DNA of 64,000 bases from an uncultured Bacilli bacterium (GCA_905236395.1 CAJOPR010000058.1:2515-66514); one strand, 5' to 3'; counted from the stretch's first letter, positions 19,627 to 29,837 are shown. Made by a program: numbers and translations. The notes: generated by a model from the sequence alone, not told the origin.

Positions 19627-21138
19627 ATGATAGTTGGTTTACTCGGTTCAAGTGGTCATATGGGGATTAAGACCCTTGAAGAATTCTTAAAGATCCCACA
19701 AGTTGACAAAGTCAAAGTACTTCTCGAAAAGAAAGAGAAGAGAAATAAATTAGTTAAGAAACTCGCTAATAAGAATAAAGGCAGAGTGGAAATATTATAT
19801 GGTGACATCTCTAATAAAGATGATGACATCAAATTAGTGGAAGGCTGCTCCTATGTCTTTAACTTAGCCGCGGTTATTCCTCCTAAGAGTGATAAACGTC
19901 CAGACTTATCTTATTTAGCTAACGAAGTTGGCCCACGTTATTTAGTGGAAGTGTTAGAACAACATCCAGAGATTAAATTTATTGATATCACATCTGTTGC
20001 TTTATATGGACATAGAAATGACAAACATCCATTTGAAAGAGTGGGAGATCCATTACTTCCAAGTGTTTTTGATGTTTACGCCGCACATAAGTTAAGAGCG
20101 GAATTCCATATCTTAGAAAGCAATATCCAATACTTCGCAATCATCAGACAAACAGCGATGATTTATGTGGAAATGCTCATGGCCAACAATAAAGACGGTT
20201 TGATGTTCCATACTGCATTTAATGATCCATTAGAATGGTCCACAGCAGAAGATAGTGGTCTTTTAATGGCTAATATAATTAGAGAAGACCTCGCTGGTCA
20301 TCTCACATTTGATAATTTCTGGCGTAAAGTCTTTAACTTAGGTGCTGGTGAAAAGAACCGTATTTCTGGATATGAAACCATTGATGGTGGATTTAAACTC
20401 ATGGGTGGTTCCGCGAAGTCATTCTTTGATCCTAACTATAATGTCACCAGAAACTTCCATGGTGGTTTCTACTATGACGGTGATGAATTAGAGAAATTAT
20501 TCCATTATCAAAGAGATGTTATTGGTGAATATTGGGATAAGGTAGGCAGAGCCTATCCATACATTAAGATGGGTAAGTTAGCCCCTAAATCTTGGATTAA
20601 AGCTTTAGCTATTAAAAAGCTATTTAAAGATAACAACTCACCAGCTTATTGGTATAAACATAACGATGTCGCTAGAATTACTGCCTTCTTTGGTAGTATG
20701 GAAGCCTATGAGAAACAACCCACTAAGTGGGAAGATTTCAAACTCTGGGATTATTTGAAACAACAGAGCAATAGTACGTATGTCCCGATCGACTACGGTT
20801 TTGATATTGATAAGAAAGATAGCGAAGTCACAATTGAAGACTTAGTTAATGTTGCGAAAAAGCATGGTGGTAAACTCCTTTCTAAAGAATTCAAGAAAGG
20901 TGATGTCTACACGAAACTTGAATGGGAAAACAGTGATGGTGAAAAATTCACCGCTAGACCATATTCCATTTTAAGAGGTGGCCACTGGTGGAATCCTCTC
21001 TATAGAGAATATATTTGGGATTTCGATAGATTAGCGAAGAAAGATGAACTCTACGCAGCATATTGGCATGACTCCCATGATAAAGATGAGAATCATTGTT
21101 ACTATATGAACGACAAATACGAGGCATTCATAAAATGA
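19627..21138 (+). CDS. NAD(P)-binding Rossmann-fold (NmrA/epimerase-like) protein with a large C-terminal domain of unknown function
   Basis: N-terminal GLLGSSGHMG glycine-rich dinucleotide-binding motif. Start chosen at the ATG with RBS ggagag; the supplied ORF track starts 90 nt upstream. Confidence 0.5.
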   Translation: MIVGLLGSSGHMGIKTLEEFLKIPQVDKVKVLLEKKEKRNKLVKKLANKNKGRVEILYGDISNKDDDIKLVEGCSYVFNLAAVIPPKSDKRPDLSYLANEVGPRYLVEVLEQHPEIKFIDITSVALYGHRNDKHPFERVGDPLLPSVFDVYAAHKLRAEFHILESNIQYFAIIRQTAMIYVEMLMANNKDGLMFHTAFNDPLEWSTAEDSGLLMANIIREDLAGHLTFDNFWRKVFNLGAGEKNRISGYETIDGGFKLMGGSAKSFFDPNYNVTRNFHGGFYYDGDELEKLFHYQRDVIGEYWDKVGRAYPYIKMGKLAPKSWIKALAIKKLFKDNNSPAYWYKHNDVARITAFFGSMEAYEKQPTKWEDFKLWDYLKQQSNSTYVPIDYGFDIDKKDSEVTIEDLVNVAKKHGGKLLSKEFKKGDVYTKLEWENSDGEKFTARPYSILRGGHWWNPLYREYIWDFDRLAKKDELYAAYWHDSHDKDENHCYYMNDKYEAFIK

Positions 21139-22004
21139 AATTCTTAGGGATTTACTTCACAGGAACCGGAAACACAAAAAGAGTAATTGATAATGCGAAA
21201 GCAGCGTTTATTTCTTTTGGTCATTCCTTAGATGAAGTAGATGTTATCGGTGGTGAAGTGAAAGACTTAAATGAATATGATGGCCTTTTCATCTCCTATC
21301 CTATCTATGGATTTAACGCTCCAAAGCCAATAATTGACTACGTAAAGAAGATTAATAAGCTTGATAAGCAAATACCTTGCCTTATTATGAAACAGTCTGG
21401 AGAGCACTTATTTTGGAATAATGCCTCAAGCTTATATCTCACCAGTTTGTTAAAGAAAAGAAATATCATTGTTAAGAATGAATATCATTACTTAATGCCA
21501 TATTCGTTCATCTTCAGACATACAGACTACATGGCATATCGCATGAATAATGTCATGGAGCATTTAATCCCTATGGATATGGAAGACTTCTTAAATGGTA
21601 AAGAAGTACATTTAAAGAGATTCTTCCTCGATCGTTTCTTTGCCTGGGTACTTCGTATCCAGTGGTGGGGTGGCAGATTCAATGGTCGCTTCTACAAAGT
21701 AGAATCAAAGAAATGTATTAAATGTTTAAAATGTGTCAATGATTGCCCAGTGAAGAATATTGTCTTTGATAAAGAAAAAGGCAAGTTTAAATTCAAAGGC
21801 CAATGCTTGATGTGCCAAAGATGTATCATGTATTGTCCAAGACAGGCAATTAAAGTTGGTATGTTTAACTCTTGGAGAGTGGATGTTCCATACACCTTCA
21901 AAGAAGCGGAATATCAAAAAGAGAAACATCCAAATTATTGCAAGAAGAGTTATATCAGATACTTCGCTGAAAGCGAGAAACGTATCGCAGAAAGTCAAAA
22001 ATAA
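21135..22004 (+). CDS. Flavodoxin-like domain fused to a 2x[4Fe-4S] ferredoxin domain
   Basis: N-terminal flavodoxin-like FTGTGNT motif. Two CxxCxxCxxxCP clusters (CIKCLKCVNDCP, CLMCQRCIMYCP). ATGA overlap with the upstream gene. Confidence 0.6.
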   Translation: MKFLGIYFTGTGNTKRVIDNAKAAFISFGHSLDEVDVIGGEVKDLNEYDGLFISYPIYGFNAPKPIIDYVKKINKLDKQIPCLIMKQSGEHLFWNNASSLYLTSLLKKRNIIVKNEYHYLMPYSFIFRHTDYMAYRMNNVMEHLIPMDMEDFLNGKEVHLKRFFLDRFFAWVLRIQWWGGRFNGRFYKVESKKCIKCLKCVNDCPVKNIVFDKEKGKFKFKGQCLMCQRCIMYCPRQAIKVGMFNSWRVDVPYTFKEAEYQKEKHPNYCKKSYIRYFAESEKRIAESQK

Positions 22005-22041
22005 AACAGGCCATGACGACCTGTTTTGTTTTATTAATGAA

Positions 22042-23403
22042 TTAATAAATATGTGCTTCTTTTGTAAGTGCGTACGCAACTTCTGGCATGTGCATGTAGA
22101 GGGAACGTTTAGCACTGTCATTGGTTAAGAACGCTACGAGGATTGGATGACCTTTGACGACAAAGGCTTGAAGATTAATACATGCATCATGAAGTTTTGT
22201 TGCATCGTAGGTAATTGCTTGGCCATTGAAGAAAGTTGATAGAATCTCATATAGCTTTTCTCCGCCTCCATCGCCAAGAAGAGCAAATAGATCTAACATT
22301 GGTAGGCTTTTAACGTGAGTTATTAACGCATCCAATTGTTCATCTGACATAGACATGAATAGTGGAACAACATATCGGAGTGTTTCTTGCTCGTTTTGAA
22401 CATAGTGTGCTCTTGTATCAATTTCATAAGGAATGAGTTCTGGACTATCTTCAGCAGCTGGTTCCATTAATTTACCTAATGCCCAGTCAACAAATTCTGG
22501 GAAGGTTTGGTATGGATCAGACTCATCACATGAGAATTGTGGTAGGATAATTTGATTATCGAAGTCATAGACCAGTTGATCAACCGATGCAGAATAGATT
22601 TCAACATCAACGCCACATCTATATAAGCCCCATGCTTCAGGAGCAACTTTTGTAACTAAATCACATTTGTTAACAAAATTGAAAACGTTTTCATACGCTA
22701 TTGCGTGTTCTTCTGTTAATCCTCTTGGAGCTTCGAATGTGTATGTATACAAAGTATCTTGTGTGATACCTAATTCATTCTTAGAGAGAATCTTATAAGA
22801 CAAGACGTTAGCAAGACCACCTGCTCTAGAATATCCAGCTGCCCAAACTTTAACTGTTTTATTTGCGTAGTTATCTTGGATGTATGTCTTTAAAGCGGTG
22901 TACATTTTTTCACTGGCCTGATCAAAACCAACGTGATCACCATTTGAACCAAGGAGAAGGTTATTGTCCCATTCCGCTCCATATTTAAATCCAACAGAGG
23001 CGACAGCCACTAATTCGAAGTCGTCAATGTGCTTGTGAGCGAAATAATATTCCACTGATTCTCCGTCTGGTGCTGCATAATCTGGAGAAGCTACAGCATT
23101 GTCGTATCCCATATTGAGATAGAAACTCGCAGCTTGTTCAACGGTTGTGGCGGCTAAAGCTGCACCGAATGATAACATCTTTAAATCATCGTTATATGTT
23201 TTCGCGGATTGTTTGAAATAGTCATCGTTATAGTTGAAGGTGATGTCATAACCAGTTTCCTTTTTAGTGTCGTTTAAATAGGCCTTCATGTTAGTGGTGA
23301 CTTGACCTTTGGTCTTGTCATCAACAGGTTCTTGATTCTTATTTGTGCAACCACTGATGAGTAGTGCGACAGCAATAAGCGAGGTTAGTTTGTATAGTTT
23401 CAT
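22042..23403 (-). CDS. Lipoprotein, putative lipase/esterase-like (GYSRAGG nucleophile-elbow-like motif)
   Basis: Lipobox LLISGC. GxSxG-like motif. RBS ggaggcgcc. Confidence 0.45.
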   Translation of the reverse strand: MKLYKLTSLIAVALLISGCTNKNQEPVDDKTKGQVTTNMKAYLNDTKKETGYDITFNYNDDYFKQSAKTYNDDLKMLSFGAALAATTVEQAASFYLNMGYDNAVASPDYAAPDGESVEYYFAHKHIDDFELVAVASVGFKYGAEWDNNLLLGSNGDHVGFDQASEKMYTALKTYIQDNYANKTVKVWAAGYSRAGGLANVLSYKILSKNELGITQDTLYTYTFEAPRGLTEEHAIAYENVFNFVNKCDLVTKVAPEAWGLYRCGVDVEIYSASVDQLVYDFDNQIILPQFSCDESDPYQTFPEFVDWALGKLMEPAAEDSPELIPYEIDTRAHYVQNEQETLRYVVPLFMSMSDEQLDALITHVKSLPMLDLFALLGDGGGEKLYEILSTFFNGQAITYDATKLHDACINLQAFVVKGHPILVAFLTNDSAKRSLYMHMPEVAYALTKEAHIY

Positions 23404-23473
23404 AATGGCGCCTCCATATCAATAATAACATTTCTTTATATAAAGAATTAACTATTTTGTTTATAATGAAACC

Positions 23474-25321
23474 ATGAGTAAGAAAAAAGAAATTGCCTTT
23501 TGGATAGTTATTGGTGTTTTATCCGTGATTATTACCGGATTTACACTCTTCTATTTTGACCTCGCAAATGGTCCTTTAATTTGCTTTATTTTAGAACTCA
23601 ATGTCATTGGTGCCGCTATTACAGTGCGCATTTTATTAAGACATAAAAAGTTTGTGATTAGAATGATACCAACACTAGCATTTGTGGTATCAACAGCAAT
23701 CATCCTTCCATTAACTAAACCAGCAGTGGAACATAAGTCTGCAGCCTATTATTCTAATCCCGTTCCTACAGAAGTTCTTTCTTTAGAAAATGGTGATATT
23801 AGAGGTGTGTTATCTAAAGATAAAAATGTTCAGATTTATGCAGGCATACCATATGCGAAAGCACCTGTAGGTGATTTAAGATGGAAAGAACCTCAACCAG
23901 TGGAAAACTGGGAAGGCGTCAGAGACTGTTCATATTTCGCTCCTCGCTCTATGCAACCAGCGGGTAACGCAATCACGAATACACTCGTGGATATCTACGC
24001 CGCGAAAGGGTGGCATCCAGATTACATGATGCATCCTGAGCAAGATATGTCTGAAGACTCCTTATATTTAAATATCTGGAGACCAAATAATGACAAAACC
24101 AATTTACCAATCTTAGTCTTTATCCATGGTGGATCTCTCACAACCGGTTCATCAGCCTATGAAGATTACAATGGAGAACAGATGGCCAAACAAGGCGTCA
24201 TCATGATTACCATTACATATCGTTTAGGTGTCTTTGGTTATTTTGCTCACGAGGAACTAACTAATGAATCACCAAACCACACAACCGGTAACTATGGTCT
24301 TTTAGACCAAATCCAAGCTTTGAAATGGGTTAAAGCTAACGCGCATTGCTTTGGTGGTGATGCTTCTAGAGTAACTATCGCAGGTGAAAGCGCAGGATCA
24401 TCAAGTGTGTCCGCGTTATGCACCTCCCCATTAACAACAGGTTTATTTAAGTATGCAATTGGTGAGTCATCATCTTTGGTGGTCAAACAAGCCCCACATA
24501 CATTTAGAAAACTTGAGAAGGCCAAAGAAACCGGCGAGAAAATCATGAAGGAATTTAAATGTTCCTCCATTGAAGAATTAAGAAAAGTACCGGCGAGTAA
24601 ACTAGTTAATACAAAATATTCCAACTCAGAAATGACTTTAGATGGATATGCATTAACAAAGCATCCATATAAGGTCTATGAAGACCATGAAAATAATGAG
24701 TTAGCGTTGCTAAATGGTTATAACGTTATGGAAGCAGATGCTTTTGTAGTTCCTCACTTTTTATTTAGCCCTACGAATAAAAACAACATCAAATCTCGTT
24801 TGATTAATGAGTTTGATGAAGAGACAGGTAATAAACTATATGACCTTTATAAAGATAAGATTGATAAAGACGCTTTCAACACACTCAATGAAATCATGTC
24901 TGTCTATTGGTTCATCCATCCACATCACAGTTGGTCCAATATGGCGTTAGCCGCAGATACATCTGTATATCGTTATCAATTCACTAAAGAGAATCATTAT
25001 CACAGCACTTATCACGCCGGCGAAATGATCTATGCCTATGGCAATGTCGAGAAGTGCAAAGAGAATTGGAAATATGATGACATGGATATCAAGTTATCCA
25101 GACAGATGATTAGATACTGGTCTAACTTTGTTAAGTACGGAGTTCCACATTACGATCCTGAGAGTAGCGACTTACTTCCAACATGGCCTTGCTATAGTGG
25201 TGCGGAAGGAACAACAACGATCATGGAACTCGGCGTTTGTGTCGGCCCAATGAAAGATAAATACGAAGCTGTTTATCCAATAATTGACGAATACATTGAA
25301 AAACAATTGCAAAATTCATAA
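23474..25321 (+). CDS. Carboxylesterase type B family with an N-terminal 3-TM anchor
   Basis: EDSLYLNIW, IFIHGGS and GESAGSSSV motifs of the COesterase family. Confidence 0.8.
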   Translation: MSKKKEIAFWIVIGVLSVIITGFTLFYFDLANGPLICFILELNVIGAAITVRILLRHKKFVIRMIPTLAFVVSTAIILPLTKPAVEHKSAAYYSNPVPTEVLSLENGDIRGVLSKDKNVQIYAGIPYAKAPVGDLRWKEPQPVENWEGVRDCSYFAPRSMQPAGNAITNTLVDIYAAKGWHPDYMMHPEQDMSEDSLYLNIWRPNNDKTNLPILVFIHGGSLTTGSSAYEDYNGEQMAKQGVIMITITYRLGVFGYFAHEELTNESPNHTTGNYGLLDQIQALKWVKANAHCFGGDASRVTIAGESAGSSSVSALCTSPLTTGLFKYAIGESSSLVVKQAPHTFRKLEKAKETGEKIMKEFKCSSIEELRKVPASKLVNTKYSNSEMTLDGYALTKHPYKVYEDHENNELALLNGYNVMEADAFVVPHFLFSPTNKNNIKSRLINEFDEETGNKLYDLYKDKIDKDAFNTLNEIMSVYWFIHPHHSWSNMALAADTSVYRYQFTKENHYHSTYHAGEMIYAYGNVEKCKENWKYDDMDIKLSRQMIRYWSNFVKYGVPHYDPESSDLLPTWPCYSGAEGTTTIMELGVCVGPMKDKYEAVYPIIDEYIEKQLQNS

Positions 25322-25358
25322 TTATCTTTAAGATAAATAAAGAAACGAGGATTGAATT

Positions 25359-26189
25359 ATGTCACGTGCAGATGAGATTTTTGTAGCGAATATGAAAGAA
25401 ATAATGGAACACGGGTTTAATGATAAAGATTTGCCTGTCAGACCACATTGGGAAGATGGTACACCCGCTCACACCATTAAAAAGTTTGGTATCGTCAACG
25501 AATATGACTTACAGAAGGAACTTCCAATCTTGACGATTAGAAGAACCGCTTTTAAGTCATGCTTAGACGAATTACTTTGGATTTGGCAAAAGAAATCCAA
25601 CAATATCCATGACTTAAATTCTCACATTTGGGACTCTTGGGCGGATGAAACTGGTTCAATAGGCAAAGCCTACGGCTACCAATTAGCGAAGAAATCCATC
25701 TATCCAGAAGGTGAATTCGATCAAGTGGATAGAGTTTTATATGACTTAAAACACAATCCTCAATCTCGTCGTATTATGACAAATATCTATAACTTCGAGG
25801 ATTTACATGAGATGAATCTATATCCATGTGCCTACTCCATGACATTTAATGTCACCGGTGACACGCTTAATGGCATCTTAAATCAGAGAAGCAATGATAT
25901 GTTAACTGCGAATAACTGGAATGTTTTGCAATACTCATTATTGATAATGATGTTTGCCCAAGTGTCAGGTTTAAAACCAGGCAAACTCATTCACGTTATT
26001 GCAGATGCGCATATTTACGATAGACACGTTGAGCTTGTGAAAGAAGTGATTGCTAAACCACAACACAAAGCCCCAACATTAAAAATTAATCCAAATGTGA
26101 AAAACTTCTATGATTTCAAAATCGAAGACTTTGAACTTATTGATTATGAATATGAGAAGTTAGATAAGAAGATCCCAGTGGCGGTTTAA
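25359..26189 (+). CDS. thyA: Thymidylate synthase
   Basis: RRIM...YPCA (catalytic Cys), NQRSNDM, DAHIY motifs. The residue after the catalytic Cys is Ala rather than His/Val. Confidence 0.8.
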   Translation: MSRADEIFVANMKEIMEHGFNDKDLPVRPHWEDGTPAHTIKKFGIVNEYDLQKELPILTIRRTAFKSCLDELLWIWQKKSNNIHDLNSHIWDSWADETGSIGKAYGYQLAKKSIYPEGEFDQVDRVLYDLKHNPQSRRIMTNIYNFEDLHEMNLYPCAYSMTFNVTGDTLNGILNQRSNDMLTANNWNVLQYSLLIMMFAQVSGLKPGKLIHVIADAHIYDRHVELVKEVIAKPQHKAPTLKINPNVKNFYDFKIEDFELIDYEYEKLDKKIPVAV

Positions 26190-26192
26190 TCT

Positions 26193-26702
26193 ATGATTAT
26201 TTCCATTTTAAATTGTGATAAAGAATACGGAATTGGTAAAAAGAATGGTCTTCTTTTCTCATTAAAAGAAGATATGTCTTTCTTCAGAAAAACGACATTA
26301 AACCATGTCGTAGCGATGGGAGAAAACACTCTTTTATCTTTCCCAGGAAGTAAACCCCTAAAGAATAGAACCAATATCGTTTTATCCCAAGATGCCACGC
26401 ATAACTATGAAGGTGTCATCAATGTTCATACTTTTGAAGAATTCTTGAAGGTAGTGAATGATTACGCAAAGAAAGAGGACGTTTTTATCATCGGTGGTGC
26501 ATCTATGTACCGTCAAACTCTTCCATACGTTGATTACGTCTATTTGACTAAAGTGGACGCAATTGGAGGGGCGGAAGTCTTCTTTGTGAACATTGATGAG
26601 AACAAGGATTTTGAAATTGTTTCAGAATCCGAACCAATCCAAGATGGTGATTACAAAATCAAATTTGTAACTTATAAAAATAACAACAAGAAATCTATTT
26701 AA
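26193..26702 (+). CDS. folA: Dihydrofolate reductase
   Basis: N-terminal IISILNCDKEYGIGKKNGLLFSLKEDMSFFRKTT. Operon with thyA. Confidence 0.8.
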   Translation: MIISILNCDKEYGIGKKNGLLFSLKEDMSFFRKTTLNHVVAMGENTLLSFPGSKPLKNRTNIVLSQDATHNYEGVINVHTFEEFLKVVNDYAKKEDVFIIGGASMYRQTLPYVDYVYLTKVDAIGGAEVFFVNIDENKDFEIVSESEPIQDGDYKIKFVTYKNNNKKSI

Positions 26703-26716
26703 GAAAGGAGTTTACT

Positions 26717-27628
26717 ATGTATTTAATTGAAACTACTGACTTAACGAAAATATATAGCAAAAAGGCAGCGGTTGATCATGTTAATATGCATATTCCAGAA
26801 GGATCCATTTATGGATTCGTCGGAGAAAATGGTAGTGGTAAAACCACAATCATGCGTTTATTAACCGGATTAGCGGAACCAAGTTCTGGTTCTTTCACTT
26901 TGTATGGTGTTAGCAACAAGAGCCGTGGTATCTACAAGGCCAGAAAGAAAATGGCCGCAATTGTGGAAAGCACATCTTTAGTGCCCACAATGACCGCGAA
27001 AGACAATATGAAATATCAAGAAGCCTATCTTGGTATTAAGCTCACCGAAGAGAAAAGAGATGAATTATTAAAACTCGTTCACCTTGATCAAGTCGGCAAA
27101 AAGAAAGTCAAAGACTTTTCTTTAGGTATGAGACAGAGATTAGGCATTGCTTTATGCTTAATCAATCATCCGGATCTCATGCTCCTTGATGAACCAATGA
27201 ACGGTTTAGATCCTCAAGGTATCGCAGATCTTAGAGATTTATTAATCGAACTAAATAGAGATGAACACATTACCGTTTTAATCTCTTCTCACATTCTTTC
27301 TGAATTAGAGAAGATTGCTTCTCACTATGGTTTCATCAGCCATGGCAAAATCGTTGAAGAATTGACTGTTGAAGAACTCCAAGAAAGATCTAAAAAATCT
27401 CTCACTTTAAAAGTGGAAGATGTGAAGTCCATCGAAGAAGTCTTAAAAGCTTTGAAAGTTAAAGAATATAAGATCTCTCCAAATGGTGATGTGAAAATAT
27501 TTGATAGTGTTGATATTGGTGACTTCGTCACCAAATTAGCAGCGAAGAAAGTAAAAATCCTTTCTATTCGTTCTTCCGATGAATCTGTTGAGGACTACTA
27601 CCTCAGCTTAATTAAGGAGGTTGAATAA
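26717..27628 (+). CDS. ABC transporter ATP-binding protein
   Basis: Walker A GENGSGKTT, signature FSLGMRQRL, Walker B LLDEP. Confidence 0.85.
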   Translation: MYLIETTDLTKIYSKKAAVDHVNMHIPEGSIYGFVGENGSGKTTIMRLLTGLAEPSSGSFTLYGVSNKSRGIYKARKKMAAIVESTSLVPTMTAKDNMKYQEAYLGIKLTEEKRDELLKLVHLDQVGKKKVKDFSLGMRQRLGIALCLINHPDLMLLDEPMNGLDPQGIADLRDLLIELNRDEHITVLISSHILSELEKIASHYGFISHGKIVEELTVEELQERSKKSLTLKVEDVKSIEEVLKALKVKEYKISPNGDVKIFDSVDIGDFVTKLAAKKVKILSIRSSDESVEDYYLSLIKEVE

Positions 27629-27629
27629 T

Positions 27630-28475
27630 ATGCACGATTTATTTAAAGCCTTCTTCTTTAAACTAAAGAGAGATTTGACATTCCGCATTACTTTATTTAT
27701 TGGCCTAGGATTAGCGGTTGCTTTATCCGTTATCTTCTTCTTGGTTGACCTAGTAATCTCCAATCTTGGTGATACTGGTGAATTTATCCATATGTTTGGC
27801 ACAGGTCAGAATTTATTATTATTCTCCTTATCACCTGTCCAAAACTTTGGTTTAGCCATTCCTATCAACCTTATTTGCTTTATCGTCCTTGAATTCACGC
27901 ACGGCACGATTAGAAACAAGATTATTGCCGGTAATAGCAAAGCTAAGATTTATTTATCTTTATTCCTATCTGGCCTCGTGTTCACGCTCGCTCTCATTGT
28001 TGCGTACGCGGGCTTATCATGCGCACTAGGATGTGCGTTTGGTAAGTTTGATCCAAATGGCACAATCTTTGCGGGTGCAGGTACCGGAAATATTGATCCT
28101 GAATACATCTGGAGATTCTTATTAATCGCATTGCTTTGCTACATTTCTATCGCGGCATTTACAACATTCTTTGCGGCGTTGTTTAGAAATATTGGTCCAT
28201 CAATCCCTGTTGTCATTATTGTTTTGATGGGTTTATATATGTCCGCATACATTTTTGGTTTGCTAGGAGATTTTGCTCCAGAATTTAATCATGCATTAAT
28301 GTATATCAATCCACTTTATTCGCTTTATGCTTGTACCACAAAGGTGGTGGGTGAGACACAAGTACTTAAGATTACAGATGAAGCTTTCTTTGCTGGTATT
28401 GGTAGTAACTTAATTTACACAGCCATATTTGTGGGATTTGGAACACTTATCTTTGCAAAGAGAGATGTTAAATAG
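27630..28475 (+). CDS. ABC-2 type permease
   Basis: 6-TM protein downstream of the ATPase. ATG at 27630 with RBS aggagg; the supplied ORF track uses a TTG 9 nt upstream. Confidence 0.7.
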   Translation: MHDLFKAFFFKLKRDLTFRITLFIGLGLAVALSVIFFLVDLVISNLGDTGEFIHMFGTGQNLLLFSLSPVQNFGLAIPINLICFIVLEFTHGTIRNKIIAGNSKAKIYLSLFLSGLVFTLALIVAYAGLSCALGCAFGKFDPNGTIFAGAGTGNIDPEYIWRFLLIALLCYISIAAFTTFFAALFRNIGPSIPVVIIVLMGLYMSAYIFGLLGDFAPEFNHALMYINPLYSLYACTTKVVGETQVLKITDEAFFAGIGSNLIYTAIFVGFGTLIFAKRDVK

Positions 28476-28520
28476 TTTTTAGGAGGAGTAATCCTCCTTT
28501 TCTTTTGCATTTATAAAAAT

Positions 28521-28540
28521 GAGAATGATTATCATTTTCA
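28521..28540 (+). promoter_or_regulatory. Fur-family box (AATGAT-T-ATCATT) overlapping the promoter of the fur-like gene
   Basis: Perfect 6-1-6 palindrome 38 nt upstream of the start. A -10 TATAAT lies at 28564. Confidence 0.55.
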
Positions 28541-28577
28541 TTGATATTAATAAATTAATGTCTATAATTGTTTCTGC

Positions 28578-28973
28578 ATGAAATATAAAACCAAAAACAG
28601 AACAAAGATTATTAACTATCTCAAAAGTCATGATGATAAGCATCTCACAATCGCTGAGATTCAACGTGATTTAAAGGATATTCCACAAGCGAGTTTATAC
28701 CGTTTGATGGATTCCTTACTTGAAGAAGGATTAGTTAGAAAATATGCGATCGATCCATCCTCGCCATGTTGTTTTCAATATGTCGATAATGAACACTGTC
28801 ATGAGCACTTTCATTTAATCTGCACTAAGTGCGGAAAGCTCATTCATTTAGAGTGTGATGAAGTTGAACACCTCTTACACCACATTAAAGATGACCATGG
28901 ATTTGATGTCGATATATCTAAAGTCAATTTATACGGTTTATGTGAAGAATGCGAAAAGGAGAGTAAAAGATGA
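28578..28973 (+). CDS. Fur-family metalloregulator (Fur/Zur/PerR)
   Basis: HxH...CxxC...CxxC architecture (HEHFHLICTKCGK, LYGLCEECEK) and an N-terminal wHTH. Confidence 0.8.
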   Translation: MKYKTKNRTKIINYLKSHDDKHLTIAEIQRDLKDIPQASLYRLMDSLLEEGLVRKYAIDPSSPCCFQYVDNEHCHEHFHLICTKCGKLIHLECDEVEHLLHHIKDDHGFDVDISKVNLYGLCEECEKESKR

Positions 28974-29836
28974 CTTGGGCTAAGGTTCTGGATATCTTTT
29001 TAGATTCTCTCAAAGATAGCGCATTAGTGTTCGCTTTTGTGCTAATTATCCATGTTTTGCTGTCATTTTTTGAGCAAAAATTCGCTAATTTTTTAATTAA
29101 GAAAAAGAAAGTCGCGCCATTATTTGGCTCATTGTTCGGACTCGTGCCTCAATGTGGAACCAGTGTTCTCGGCGCAGATCTATATATTCGCAAAAGCATT
29201 TCTATCGGAACAATCGTCGCAATCTTTTTATCCTGCAGCGACGAAGCATTTATTGCGATTTTAACATCAGGAAAACCGGATAAAATGTTAATGGTTTTAC
29301 CTTTATTAGCCATTAAATTTGTGCTTGGTTTTGCGGTTGGATTACTCGTTGATTTTCTCTTTGAAAAACAAGAGATTAAAGATAATGAAGAGTATCAAGA
29401 AGAAGAGACTTGTCACGCTCATCACACTCATAACTCAAAGGTACACAAACACTTCGTTCATCCATTGCTTCACGCTTTAGAAATATTTGGTTATGTGTTT
29501 GCTATTAACTTTACTCTAGGGCTCATTATTGGGTTTGTTGGTGAAGAGAACTTCGCTAACTTCTTACTCTATAACAGATATCTCACTCCATTATTTGCAT
29601 CATTTATTGGATTGATACCTAACTGCGCATCGTCTTTGCTGTTAAGTGAATTATTCATCGAAGGTAACTTATCATTTGGTGCGTTACTTGCTGGCTTATT
29701 AGTGAATGCTGGATTAGGTATGATGGTGTTACTTAAAAACAAACAGAGTGTGAAAAACGTTCCTTGGATATTATTGATCTGCTTTACAGTTGCGGTAGCG
29801 GCAGGCTACCTAACATGTGCGATTATAGGATTCTAA
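28970..29836 (+). CDS. Two-repeat metal permease (ArsP/DUF318-like) with a His-rich loop
   Basis: Repeated PQCG/PNCAS motifs in two TM repeats. HAHHTHNSKVHKHFVHPLLH loop. Coupled to the Fur-family gene. Confidence 0.55.
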   Translation: MTWAKVLDIFLDSLKDSALVFAFVLIIHVLLSFFEQKFANFLIKKKKVAPLFGSLFGLVPQCGTSVLGADLYIRKSISIGTIVAIFLSCSDEAFIAILTSGKPDKMLMVLPLLAIKFVLGFAVGLLVDFLFEKQEIKDNEEYQEEETCHAHHTHNSKVHKHFVHPLLHALEIFGYVFAINFTLGLIIGFVGEENFANFLLYNRYLTPLFASFIGLIPNCASSLLLSELFIEGNLSFGALLAGLLVNAGLGMMVLLKNKQSVKNVPWILLICFTVAVAAGYLTCAIIGF

Positions 29837-29837
29837 A

